A DNA stretch of 55,319 bases, the filler included, from Jimgerdemannia flammicorona (Eukaryota), in assembly GCA_003990765.1 (NCBI GenBank). It is 2 parts of 2 records of this genome, joined end to end, with 100 filler letters (N's around TTAATTAATTAA, not from the genome) between each part and the next. Parts side by side here need not be neighbours in the genome. Positions count along the whole stretch, not along the records: positions 1 to 27,628 come from RBNJ01000618.1; positions 27,729 to 55,319 come from RBNJ01000619.1. One strand, given 5' to 3'. The position numbers and the translations under genes are program-made. A model generated the notes under the pieces. It ran no database searches. It was not told the DNA's origin and saw only the letters and a list, made by a program, of their open reading frames with translations. Of the stretch, positions 25,252-37,733 are shown piece after piece. Each line of letters starts with the position of its first letter. Positions within the stretch are counted from its first letter, which is position 1.

Positions 25252-27628
25252 CAACATCTCTTTCCAGTACCATTCAGGTTATACAACCTTTGGAAGGCAC
25301 TTTTGACATCGTTTTCAGCAAGAAGAGACTAACAACATGACAACCAACAGGCAACCTGAGGTGCATACTGGGCAGGGCAGCCCAAGCACTTTCGACTGGC
25401 AGCAGGTGGGGAGGGGTCCAGGCCTGGGGGGAGGTATGAGGGGCCTGCTGGCAGGTGGACATGGAAGGGGTGGAGGAGGTGGTGGAGGATCAGGATCTGG
25501 GAGGGTAAGCTTTGTGGAGATGGTGAAGGGGAGACAGCAGGCGTCGGGGCTGGAGGGCTGGCTGAGGAAGAGCAAGGAGACTGAGAAGGCACCAGTGCTG
25601 GGGGGGGTGGCCCTTGGAAGGGGGGGTGGTAGAGCTACAGGAGTAGTAGCTGGGGGGGGTGTGACTGCTGATAGTGTTGGGACTGTCGATCTGGAAAAAA
25701 ATCCAGATGTGATGGCTGATGGCGAGGCTGAGTAGCTGAGGCTTAGAAGACAAGGGGACTTGGTGGATGGTGTAATGGGTCTGGCGGTGGCTCCGTTACT
25801 CAAGAAATCGATTTCGGCATTCGTGGTCACACTGTGCTTCCAGGGCCTGGCGGTGACGGCAAAAATGGTGCTGGGGCTCATCACTAAGCAGGTGGCAGGT
25901 GCAGCATCTGTGAAGTTTTTGAAGGGACTAGAAGGGGTGGAGGTGGGTTTTGAGGAGGCGGCACCGCTGGAGGAGGTGCTGAAGGTTGGATTGGTGGTTG
26001 GGGAGGTGTGTGTTCCAATGGCGCAGTGCCTGAAGTGGGACCCCAGGGTGGTCCAACTGCTGGTGAAAGAAGTGCCGATGGTGACAGCGATAGAGACAAG
26101 GAAGAGGGTTGAGGATTTCATGGCAGAATATGGCAAGGTGGTGGATATCAGGTTCAGGGTCTGGGAAGGGACCTCGCTCAGGACTAGTGATATGGATGTG
26201 AGGATTTGGCTGGCTGGGAAAGAAGCCACTGGGAAGGCAAGGGATTGGCCTTTGGTGATGGTCTGGGGAGCAATTCTGTGTAAGGTGACAAGGGTGAAGG
26301 AGAGTGAGGAGGAGGAGGAGGATTTACTGGAAGTACTCGAAGAGCTGGGGGGTACTGTGGAGAGGCGAGCAAAGGCTTGGGAGGCTTTTGAAGAGGCAAC
26401 ATACTTGGAGGTGGTGGATGGAAAGTGGATTCGAGTGACCAAGGAGCAGTGGAAAAGGGCTCAGGGGCATAAGAGGCAGAAGGAGTTGCTGGCCAAGCTG
26501 GATAGCAGACCACTGGGGGAGGTGAGCAAGGTGAAGGACACAGGGGGAGCTGGAGCGAGTGTCTGGGCCGGCGAGGGGGAGGGGAAGGACAAGAAGGAGG
26601 CGGGGGAGGACAAGAAGAAGGCTGGGAAGGACCCGTATGCAGATGGTACACTGGAGGTGTGGGAGGAGGACTGGGTGGGCTCCCCTACCCCTACCCCTCT
26701 CATCAGGCATGGCCCGGCTTCCCGGAATAGGGTGGTGGAAGATGTGTCAATGTGTGGGGCCCAGAGGGTACAATTTGGAGTTCCTGAGGTAGTATATGGG
26801 GGACAGATGGTGGCGGCTGGTGAGGAGGAGCTGGTGGATGTCCCAGAAGTATGGGATGAGTCTGCAAGTGCTGGAGCTGACACCACAATGTTGGATGGAG
26901 GGAGGCCAATGACTCTGGGGGGGAAAGAGGTGGGAAACTTGCTTTGGATGTGCCAGATGATGAATAACCTGGTGGTAGAAGAGTTGGGGGAAGTGGACTT
27001 GCGAGTGATGAGTGATGAGTATTGGGCAGGAATACTGCAGGGGGATGGCGTAATGAAGGCATTGAAGACAGAAATTCTTGCAGTGTACCTGGAGGAAGAA
27101 GGGTATGAGGTGGATAAGGAGAGGGAGGAGGAGATGGCAGTTGTTGCTGGAGAAAGGGCTGAATACTGCTGGAATAAGCAGTATGGACTATAGCTCTGGC
27201 AGGAAGCATATATTGAATACTGAGAGGAGTTTGAGGAGAAGGCCAATGGAGAGATGAATGAGCTTCTGGCTAGATTAGAGGCTCAGAGGGCAGAAGAGGA
27301 GGAGGTGGCTGCGGAACATAATTTGGACAAGGCACAGGAGGAGATGAGCATGGAGCAGTAGAGGCAGACTGATGACATCACATATATCATCAATATGAAC
27401 AGTACAACCAACATTTTCTCTTTGAACATGAATGGGTTACAGGGCACTTCTCAATGTAGGAACATTTTTACTTAGATGAAGGGATTGGAGGCCGATATCT
27501 TCCTCTTGCAGGATGTCCGGTGCAAAGATGACTCTAATAGATTAGAATGGACGAAGGAATGGAGAGGTGCAGTGATTTGGAAGGGCAAGGTTGGGATTTT
27601 GGTTAGGAAAGGCAGAGGGGAGAAAAAA
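25252..27628 (+). mobile_element. L1/Tx1-type LINE, copy D (least decayed; 5'UTR, ORF1 25337-27361, start of ORF2 from 27395; runs into gap)
   Basis: ORF1 stays in one frame for 675 codons with only three internal stops (TAG 25733, TAG 27191, TGA 27221). It retains CpGs. ORF2 begins MNSTTNIFSLNMNGL..EADIFLLQDVRC (APE N-terminus). Confidence 0.92.
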
Positions 27629-27728
27629 NNNNNNNNNNNNNNNNNNNNNNNNNNNNNNNNNNNNNNNNNNNNTTAATTAATTAANNNNNNNNNNNNNNNN
27701 NNNNNNNNNNNNNNNNNNNNNNNNNNNN
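27629..27728. other. Artificial scaffold/contig linker: 44 N + TTAATTAATTAA + 44 N
   Basis: Exactly 100 nt with a palindromic six-frame stop cassette at the centre. True gap length and adjacency across it are unknown. Confidence 0.97.
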
Positions 27729-28584
27729 GCATGCCTGAGAACCCAATGTATGTACAAGGCCACGCCCGAGCCGAATAGAATAGCCCCTGCCACCCCAAAG
27801 AGAATGACAGGCAAAGAAAAAACCCTCATCAAAGCACAACACGGTGGGTAGGGCCTGGTTCTCCCAGTTGAGGTGAGTAAAGGACTTATACGTGAGGCGG
27901 GAGGAAACCCCCAATACCCACTTAGTGCTATATCCATATTCAGCATAGTCCAGATAGCCCCTCACTAGTATAAATACCACCTCCCCCAGACCTCAGAATC
28001 TCAGACTGAAATACACATGAACATTCCTGAATACTTCTCCACAGTATTTCTTTACACAACTACTCCTAGTATAGCAATATCATGAATAGCAAATAAACCT
28101 ATTTAATAATCCACAAACTACTCTTAAGTAAATCTGCTCCCTATTAGGTCCCACTCCTAACCCTGTCATGAAATTTCCTAATTGGGTATTGTCTGCAGCA
28201 ATACACCAATTCAACTAAGCTGGTCTTAGTTTCTTGAACTTTCTGAAATATAGAAAATCCTGAACATCCAGAACTAGTCTGAAAAAGGACTTTGGTTGAG
28301 ACATCAACCCGATCTTGAAATCAATAAGTGTAGAGGAAGTACTCTATACAAAATTAATCTTGAGCATAAGAAAATAGTCTTCCAAAATATCCAGAACTTC
28401 CAGAAAACCCTTCCAGAACTATGTAATGGTTACCCTAAAAAGCAACCCTCTTACATACTGTCCTGTAATAGATATAGCAAACCACACTAAAGTAGAGGGG
28501 GTAAAGTTAGAGAAAAAGGGACCCAGATAGTTGCCCACTAATACCTTATGCTGGTATGATAGCACAAATGTGACTAGATGTCTG
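27729..28584 (-). mobile_element. Fragments of the second non-LTR family (related to 5400-6593): young 3' segment plus older 5' end
   Basis: 27729-27920 aligns with ~5655-5850 but retains CpG. 28457-28584 resembles ~6470-6593 and begins CAGACATCT on the minus strand. Confidence 0.65.
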
Positions 28585-30633
28585 TCACTATAGAGATACA
28601 GAATTGTCTTTGCTGTACCCTTTTAGTAATTAATTATGATATCACTATCTTTTTTTTTTTTTACCTCCTTCCAACTCTCTCTCACTTTATATCCAAACTA
28701 CCATCATGCCAAAATATTTCCAACAATCCTACAACAACTCTACACGTAAGTCCATTTCTTTTCTTTCAAATTAGTGGGCGTGATGTTGGAAAGATAGAAA
28801 CACAATATGCTTATAGTCCATATTCCCTTTGTCACTCAACTAACAAGAGTCATTTGATTCATACTCTGCTCACCGTAATATTAATAGCTACATTGCATTC
28901 CTTTTAAAGGTCGGTCCGCCACTCCTTATGGTGAAAAGAAGAGTACATTGGCGCCAAAACGTTTTGCAAAACATCTTGCAAGCATGGTGGAGAAGAGAGA
29001 TAACAATTTGGTACACGGTATACGTGGGAACAACTCACGTATGATGGATTGCCTACCTTGTCATACGCAAACAATGTATCTGTGTTAGCATGAGTATGGC
29101 ACATCTCCGGCTTTTCGCAACTGCTGGAGAGCGTACTGGTTGTGAAAAGTATGAACGATTGTTATGCAATCGAAGTGGTACTCGTGCACTCCACCATACG
29201 ATGTTTTAGCAAGTTTGGCGCGTCCTGAAAACATGGCCAGAGCAATCACAAGTAGGTTTGTTTCTTAATGATTTTTATACCAAAGACTATAACTAACTGA
29301 CCCCGCAACCGGCCACGTTGCCGGTCTTGGTTGCTTTAAAGCCAACTGATGAGCCCCTTAAGCAAGGGCAAAACAGTTTATATATTCAAAAGTGAAGTGG
29401 ACGCTAGTTTCTGGGGAGCGATCCAGTAAGTACAAATAAATTGTTTTTGGCGTTTGCATCGCTACGCAATATGATGAGTATGCCATTCGTTTCCTTATTT
29501 CGACATCGCTTAGGGCAAACAAAACCGGTGCCTTGACAAAACTGAACATCGAACAAGTATCGCTTATTCAAAAACTCGACAAAATGACTGACGATTACCA
29601 AGACCAGATACAAGACATCCTTCGGTCTGGTTCCTGGATGTGATGGAGGATATTGTCAAGCACGGGGGGGGGGGAGTTGTTTTTTCGATTTTTATTATAT
29701 AAATGATTTTCGGGATGGATGGAATGGAACACACTCGTGTCCCCCATGCTTACAAATGGACCCCTACTTATAAACAAACCCTACTTATACAATAGAGTTG
29801 ACGATATATATATATATTACAAAGAGTGGTTTCTAGACACGTTTTGGTTTGTCTCTTTTTACACTTCCAGTATTCTCCACCGACGTAGACGCCAGGCGTG
29901 TTTGATTATCAGCAAGACCACGGTGCGCAAACTCGCCCTTTTTCACCCGAGAAGCACTGCAACCTGGGCACCATGCAAGGATGGCTGAAGGTGCGTCTTT
30001 GTGGCTTCAGTCGAACTCGCGTGTATGTTTATAACTGATTCGTTACATTTTACCATAATATCAGAACCGTCTATGGATTCAAGCTCACATATATGCGTCT
30101 CAACATGGCATCCAGTCGTACGAATTCTATCAACATCCTGAATTCCATTAATAAACATTACTTAAAAATGCAACCCTATTTGATATAAGTTATAATTTAT
30201 TATCACAAAATTATAATTACTATCTGGTTAATTCAACCGTTTAGAGTTTAGATTCATTTGAAAGGAGGAAGGGGGGAAGCGAATGTATGTAGACAAGCGA
30301 GCCCGACTGGTTGGAGCGAATGGGTTAAGACCGATCCCCTTGCTAGATAACAAGAGCACAGTTCCTTGTTCCCATATCCCTCATCATCCGTCGCTCGGCT
30401 TCTGCGTTTCTGCGTACTCTTCCTGTCCTTCCCACATGATCAACCGGATCTCCGTCTCCGGCAGTAGCACGTCGCTCATGGCTGAGCCCAGAGAAATAAT
30501 GATTATCATCTAGCGCCGCCAATGACGGCGTTCCAAGCTTTTTGTGGTATTCAATTGCGTGGCGACACAAAATTAGTTGTTTATTTCTTTTTTTTTTTAA
30601 AAAAAAAAAAAAGTCCTCGCTTTTTTTCGACAT

Positions 30634-33600
30634 TTACTCCTCATCTCGTTTCGTGTCATCTACGTTCATCTCATCTTCCCCGGGCACAGCCTTTATCTCA
30701 CCCTCCGTTTCTCCGTCAACGTCCATCTGCGCGGGTCCTATCACCGCCTTTGCCTGCTGCGACTTCACATACTGAAGTTGCTCTTGCATCATCTGGTACG
30801 CGTATGCCCCCATGTGCGCGACGTCGCTGATCTCGAAAGGGTCGCCGTGGTCGTCAGCCTACAGCACGACATGACATGGGTATAGGGAATAAGCAAGTAA
30901 TTTTGATACCAAAGATAGAGCAATTGCGAAGTTCGACTGAACCAAGATACCAACCTCACGTGTTGCAGGCCACATTTCGCCAATCTTGAGCTGCAATTTA
31001 TCCGGCCTTGCTACCAACTTGTTGAACGTCGGCATCAACTCGTAGCAATTCTCGAACAGGGCCCGTCGACAGAAAACGTACAGTCCAAGTCGTGCACGAG
31101 ACATCGCCACAATTAGACGCCGGACATCACGGATGTGGCCGACGGATTTTGTGCGGACAAGAGAGAGAAGTATGTCTGATGATTGCAGACAAAAGAATTG
31201 AAGTTTAGATCGCTATGGTATTTGTGGAGCGGAATGATATATGTATAATTGTACTTACAATCATTCTGTTGACCCTGATACTTGTCGACTGTGGTCACTT
31301 TAGCCGGTCGTCCAAAGAATGGATTCCAAGCACAACGCCGATTCAATACATCCCTTATCAAAGCTTTCTGACCGTTATATGTGGTCAAAATCGTGATCTT
31401 CTCAGCAGGGTACCTTTTGGTACAAATCCCAAAATTAAGTCAGCAATTAATTTTCAGGATGTGAACATAGGTAGTCAACAGGTTACGGGCAAATTTAAAT
31501 GCAACTTACCCGATCAGTCGCATGTATTGATATACCGCAACAATGTATTCCGCCTCACCCAGATTCTGATAGAAATACGGCACGGGCTCGCTTTCCCCAA
31601 CGCCATTATAATCTCCCACATTAACGAGCTGATAATCGTAGATGAACCCTGCGTTCGCCTTTTGATACTCGTCCAATTGTGAGATGATGGCAAGATCGCC
31701 GAGTTTCTTGTACCGCCAAGTGTATAGTTTGGCGATTGATGACCTTGCACGCCCCTACAAGCCACGAAAAATTAATCGTACAATGAATGAACAGCCTATC
31801 GTTTTGGAAAACCTGATAATCTTAAAACATACTTGAGCATCCAAATCCACCGTCGGTACACCCAATCTTACGAATCGTGTGAACAAACTCTGTTCCATGT
31901 TCCCGTATTGTTGGAATGCCATGTTTTTTACGACGGGCGGCAGCTGGTTGTGATCTCCAATCATGATTACTCTCTTTAGTCGACTCCGGCCATCTTCTGT
32001 TTCTTGTAGTAACAGTGGAATAAACGTTTCGACCTCCAATATTTGGGCCGCTTCTTCCATAACAATGTTGTCGTACTTGAAGTTCAGACCAACCAGTTCC
32101 CGCCGCTATGGAGGAGGGGAAGACCAGCGGTGGTAGACGTTTAGAGGAGTTAAGGATATATAAAGGAATTTCTTTCGTAGCAAACACGGCCAAAATATTA
32201 CCTACCTTGAGAGCAGCATGTGTACATGTCATGGCAATAATCTTCGCCTCTTTCGTCAACAGATAATTCGCACGGTCGTAGCCTGTACGCAACAGTTCAA
32301 ATGCTCGTATCTCCTCTAATTCTGTAAATGTCTTCTTTAAATGCCGGAAGCAGCCCTCAACGACGTCCAATGCTTCCTCGAAGGTCATCTCTGGCGTGAA
32401 CAACGGTTGCGGTGCGTTCGAGAAGAATTCGGTAAACGGGAATCCATCTCGAAGTAAATCGACCGATTGTGCTTGTCGGACTTTGTCGATATAAGGTTCC
32501 CACCGCGACAGGACGTGATACAAATAGAAATATCCGGCAGTTTCACATGTGTATCCATGATCCCCTGGGATTTCCAACGATTTACCGAGTCGGCCGACTT
32601 CATCCAAGAGCGCCAGGCGCCTCTCCTAATAAACGATTTTATATGGTATCAGAAAACGCACACCGAAATCCGAGAGCTTGATAAAAAACGGAACGTTATC
32701 GAGGAGAAGAATGCTCACCAGGAAAGAGTTCACACGCCCATACTTGCTGAAACTCATCTCCGTGTTCAGCTCCTCTTCTCCGTGACCAAGACGCAACAAA
32801 TGGCGCTGATCGATATCCAGTGCCATGATTTTTTCAAACAGCTGGTTCAGCGCCTGATTACTATGCGTCACAAGTAAAGTGTGTTGATCCGGAAAGTTAT
32901 GATACAGGTTCGCAATGATTTGCACGGCAACGTCTGTCTTGCCCGTGCCCGGAGGACCTACTACTAGAGTAAGTCCAGGGTTGACACCGGAATGGATGGC
33001 CTCAGCTAATGGATAGAAGCATCGCAGACCGAGGCGTGAGTGTTGGTTGGTATTCAATGAATGAAAGATAGTGAGATATAAATGCCACCAAAGGCATTGA
33101 GAGTTACCTTGAACAGGCGTAAACTTGACCGAATTTTTTCGCGGCACATCCTCTGGATACGGGCCCATATTCGGAACAGTGTACGTCTTGACCACCAGTT
33201 GATCATCATTGTCTTTTTTGGATCCATTTTCAGCCACCTTGCCACCGACTTTTCGTTTCTTTGGCCGTTCCGGTTGCTTTTCGGTGGACGAAGATTCCGG
33301 AAATTCGACCACGTACGGCGGATCTAAGATCTTGTCGGACTTTGCTGTAGGGACAACTTTCTATCTCATACAAGAAGAGATATAATTATCATTAGGGCCA
33401 ACAAGAACAATGTCCTTCGCTCATATGAAGTTTATATAGATACCTTTTCTGGGAAAGATTCTCGCAAATGATCCCAATCCAAAAAAGTGTCTCTGAAATT
33501 GATCTCTTTCACGCGGTTAGAAAGCTTTGAATAATGGGCGCTTCCAGGATCTCCGTAGCCGAGAAACACTTTTTGTAGCCAGTCCGGAACAACGAGGTCG

Positions 33601-36600
33601 CTTTGCATCAAGTCGCGAATGGTCTCGAGAACAGCCTTGAAATTGTTTTCCTATAAAATATCAGATAATATCAAATGTGTGGATGTTAAAACTAAAGTGT
33701 TCGACGGGGATGTAAGAATGCGGATACAGAAAAAGAATACGTGGATAGAGGGCTTACCTTCGGTTTTCTTCGAACAAGGACGTTGAACGTTTCATGTACA
33801 TCCTCTCCCTCCTTGCGGTTATATCGGTCCATGTCCATCTACATGCCGACGGAATACAATATGCGATGAGTGAAGTTAGTTGTTTATTGGAGACCTAAGG
33901 CCGCAATACATAGATTATAACACTGACCTTGTACTGGTTCGGATCCAACCAGACCCTCAACGTTCTATTCGATCCGCCCAATTTGGGATTCTTGTCGTCA
34001 ATCCGGGGTTTCCCGACTTCATCAATCGGCTTACCTAGTTCAAGATGTAAGCGAGCGTATCACATGAGCATATCGCCTTTCATAGCGCGGAGTCATAATG
34101 GAATCAGGAATATCTCTCACCATCCGATCCAATGAGGTCCGCGATCTCGCAACCTCTGACGTATTTCAATCCAAAATGCTGTCGGAACTCAGTGTCATCC
34201 TTGTATCGATCGCCGCTCGCGTCATGCGCTTGGATCGTCAGCAGAAACATAATGTCGTGTTGCCTTAGAGAATCCCATTCACCTTTGATCGAGTCTGTGA
34301 AGCGACCCAAGTTAAATGTGATCTGTGGGTGTGAACAACGGAATGTTAACGGGTCGGACAGTCGGAGAAGGTTGGAATGGAACGACATCATTTCTCAAAC
34401 CCCTGCAGAGCGACTTAACCATAGTAACGGTAAATACAAAAGAATCTTACATCGGCTTTTACATGTGCAGGCTTGTTTTCTCCCAAATTCGGTTTTGCGA
34501 CATCGACGATGCTACATCACCGAGGTATGAAAGGTACTATTAAGACCGCCTGTGATGGATTTCTGTTTCTATCGCATCTCCCCCAAAGGCCCTTACCTAA
34601 AATTTTGGATTGACACCGCCATCCTCGCCCACCCAGAGAACTCGGTCTTACGATCTGGATAGGTTAATCTGGGCGCAAGGCGCTTCACCACATCCTCGAT
34701 GTCCTGTCGGATCTGGTATGTGCTTTCCAATCGAAAAAGATTAAAATTCCGCAGCAGGTAGTCGTGAATGGTTAGGAACTGCAGGTTCAATTTCGGCAGC
34801 GCTAGCGGCGTATCTCCGGAATAGAACTGCGTCTTGACAAGTGTGTCGTTGAAGAGGGTGAACTAAGTCGAATAAGAGAGATCTAGTTAGTAAACAGCGG
34901 CTACGATAAAATGCACAACGGTATTGCAAGCACGAAGCACACCTCGTCGGGATACAGCGGCATTGCGTTGATGGCCTCAATCTGACTGGTCCGTTTCTCA
35001 AACTTCTGCACCAATCCTTCCACCAGCAATTCACGTTTATCGACTCCCTGCACATCAACCAACAAGTCACTGCGTATCCCCAGATGATCGCAAAGTTTTA
35101 CAAGATCACCGTCATCCAATTGCTTGAATTGCTTCAATAATTCCGGGCGACGCTCGATGGAAGCGAGATTCGACAGAGCGATATCCGACAAAGAATTTTT
35201 GAAGTGCTTGAACGCGATGAGCTGTGGAAAGCGATAAGACGTGGTATTGATAAAAGCGCTCAAGATATTTCACAAACGGAAAATGTGCGGCGGTATTTGT
35301 TCGCCTACCTGCAATTCCATCAACCTCCCACAATGCAACTCCGTCATCTGCGAATCCGTCAGGGCCAGTCCAGTATGGTCGTTAATTTCGAATCCAGCGT
35401 AGAACCTCAGAATCTCCAACAACTGATTAAATAGATTGCTGTATAAGCCAAAGAAAAAAGAGCGGTTCAAATATTAAACAAAATGATCGAAATAATACTT
35501 GTCAGGAGGTTTGGGTATCAATGATAAAGTCGTGAAAAACACACCAACCTGCCCTGCTTGCGCTTCACAATTGGCGCCATCTTGCAAAGTATCAACACTT
35601 GATGATCATCTAAAAGCATATTGAAATGTCGCCGTGTCGGCAGCTGTGCCTCTAGGTCGATGAGGAATTCCAGAAAACGTTCGCAGTAACGGATCGAGTC
35701 TGTGGGGGCTGGTCCTGTTGATGACAGCGAGCAGATGCGTGAGAATCCGAATATCTCCTAAAACAACGCTACCAACATAAAAAAAAATTGAATACACTAT
35801 TTACCATCTTCAGATTCAGGGATGGTGTATAGAATTTTGATGAACTCTTTCAACATCACGCTGAGCCACGATCGTTCGAATTCCATTTTCTTTCGCGTAG
35901 CTTGGTCTAGATTTGCGTAGAAGTAAATGCCAGATCATATCGGCCAGGTAGTCATTAAAACATTGACGTACAAAGAGGATAGTTATGGTAGAACACAAAA
36001 TCAGACGTACCACTACCCTCGAATTTCTTTTCTATTGCGTTCCACATCTTCTTCAAAGGTGAGTAGTGTTTAAACTGTTGCTCTCTCCTCGATGGATTTG
36101 CAAGGCAATGCCATATGGAAAGCGATACGAGTCTGTGGGAGTACGGGCAGGATAGATAGTGTCAATGGAGCGCCAGGGATACGGTTACTCAGACGCATGT
36201 ATGTATGTCTACAATGTCTAAAAACCACTTACCTCATGCATTCCGATCGTACGATGGGGTTCTCCAAACTCTGGAACGCATTGATCATAAACACCAACAA
36301 AAATCGGCGTACGTGCAAAGTTAACTCGTCCGAAGTCAGATCGTCCACAAGCGGCGAAACCATAATGTGTAGGACGCGCGTGAAAAACCCATAAAATTTG
36401 GTGGGATTGGACATAAACGCATCTGTTGATGTTAAGAAGTGAAACCGAATTTGTGAGAAACACGAATATGATTGACCGAGTTCTATAACAACGGAGGCAA
36501 ACGACAAATGACATACCCCATGGCGATACTCGCTGTCGAAACTTCTCATTGATCATGAGGACGATGGAAAGCACGTAAACAGAAGAGGCATCCGTCTCAT

Positions 36601-37009
36601 TGAAATTGGGCCATAAGTACTATACGGTAGATTGGCAGGAGGGGTTTATAAGTATTTTCGTCACCTGTTTCGTAATTCGTAATGGTCAAATATAATACTA
36701 AAGTTGGGCCAAACCCTGCGCTACAAGAATAAGTCGTGTACAGAAATGACAGCGTACCTTTTCCAAGTACTGACTAAACTCGAGGAGCATAATCTTCCTA
36801 ATGTTGAAGTTGGTCTTGACCAACTCGTCCCTATAAATGCTCTTCACGATGCCAAAGTCCCAACTGACGTGGCCTTCTTTGTTGGACCATAACTTTTCGG
36901 CCACGATAGAGACAGAATCAGCCTGAATCTCGGCGAGAGTTGGATACTGAACGCCACGGCTGGACTCGGTGGAGTTAGCATGGAGGGGGAGGGTTGATTT
37001 CCTATCCAT
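30634..37009 (-). CDS. AQR: Intron-binding spliceosomal RNA helicase Aquarius (Cwf11/IBP160), many exons
   Basis: [54 protein letters not shown]-loop [89 protein letters not shown]; acidic last exon ending KRDEE* at 30634. Confidence 0.96.
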
Positions 37010-37662
37010 CGCAATGAGGAGAGACGCGTGTTTGTGAATGTTTACAAGACAAAACTATGTGGCGTCCGTGACATCACAGTCTACGGTCACATGACATAAT
37101 GGAACTGACAGTCACCGACGAATTCTTCCCATAACTTGTATAACAGGCTCTTCGTAATTTGTAGAATTAATATTGACAAGAGCGTTTTTTGTTGACATGA
37201 TAAAGTAGAGTTAAAATAGCACGTTTTGTAGAAATACTAGGCATAGCCTAACGATCTCCTGGAAAAGGGATGTTTGGCTTCACATAAGAATCCAAAAAAA
37301 TAAAATCATTCGCACCGTTAATATGGCTGCATTCCCATGACATCCGGTGGATAGCTCGCCCTTGCAGACCTTTGACAACATCGACGACATAGGCAGGACT
37401 CAGATCGCGTACAAATGCTGCTACCAGAACATCTACGTAACTATGTCTTATGGATCAACTCCGACTCAGATGGCTATCCAACCCCAACATCTATATTCTT
37501 GACACCGATAACCCTGCGGCGATCACTTGCAAGGTGAATCAGTGACTCCAGGCAGCGAAGAACGGTAGCTTTTGGTGTACAATGATGCCGACGACAACCT
37601 AGGCCAGGCCCAAATCTATAACCTGCTTCTTTCATCAGAAAATACAGAAAGAAGAAACCCTC

Positions 37663-37663
<1 letters not shown>

Positions 37664-37731
<68 letters not shown>
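37664..37731. repeat. 68-nt poly(A) homopolymer followed by GAAAAA-like units
   Basis: Read directly from the sequence. Confidence 0.9.

Positions 37732-37733
<2 letters not shown>

Noticed and set aside
25315..27246. Long Ser/Pro/Thr-rich minus-strand ORFs (375 aa, 261 aa)
   Set aside because: They are antisense shadows of the purine-rich LINE ORF1.
11276..27628. Telomere-type retrotransposon array (HeT-A/TART-like)
   Set aside because: Junctions join a younger 5' end to an older copy cut within ORF2, without poly(A) tails, which fits nested insertion. No telomeric repeats are visible.
27673..27684. Palindromic TTAATTAATTAA as a biological site
   Set aside because: It is centred in a symmetric N run totalling 100 nt, i.e. 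an artificial six-frame stop linker.
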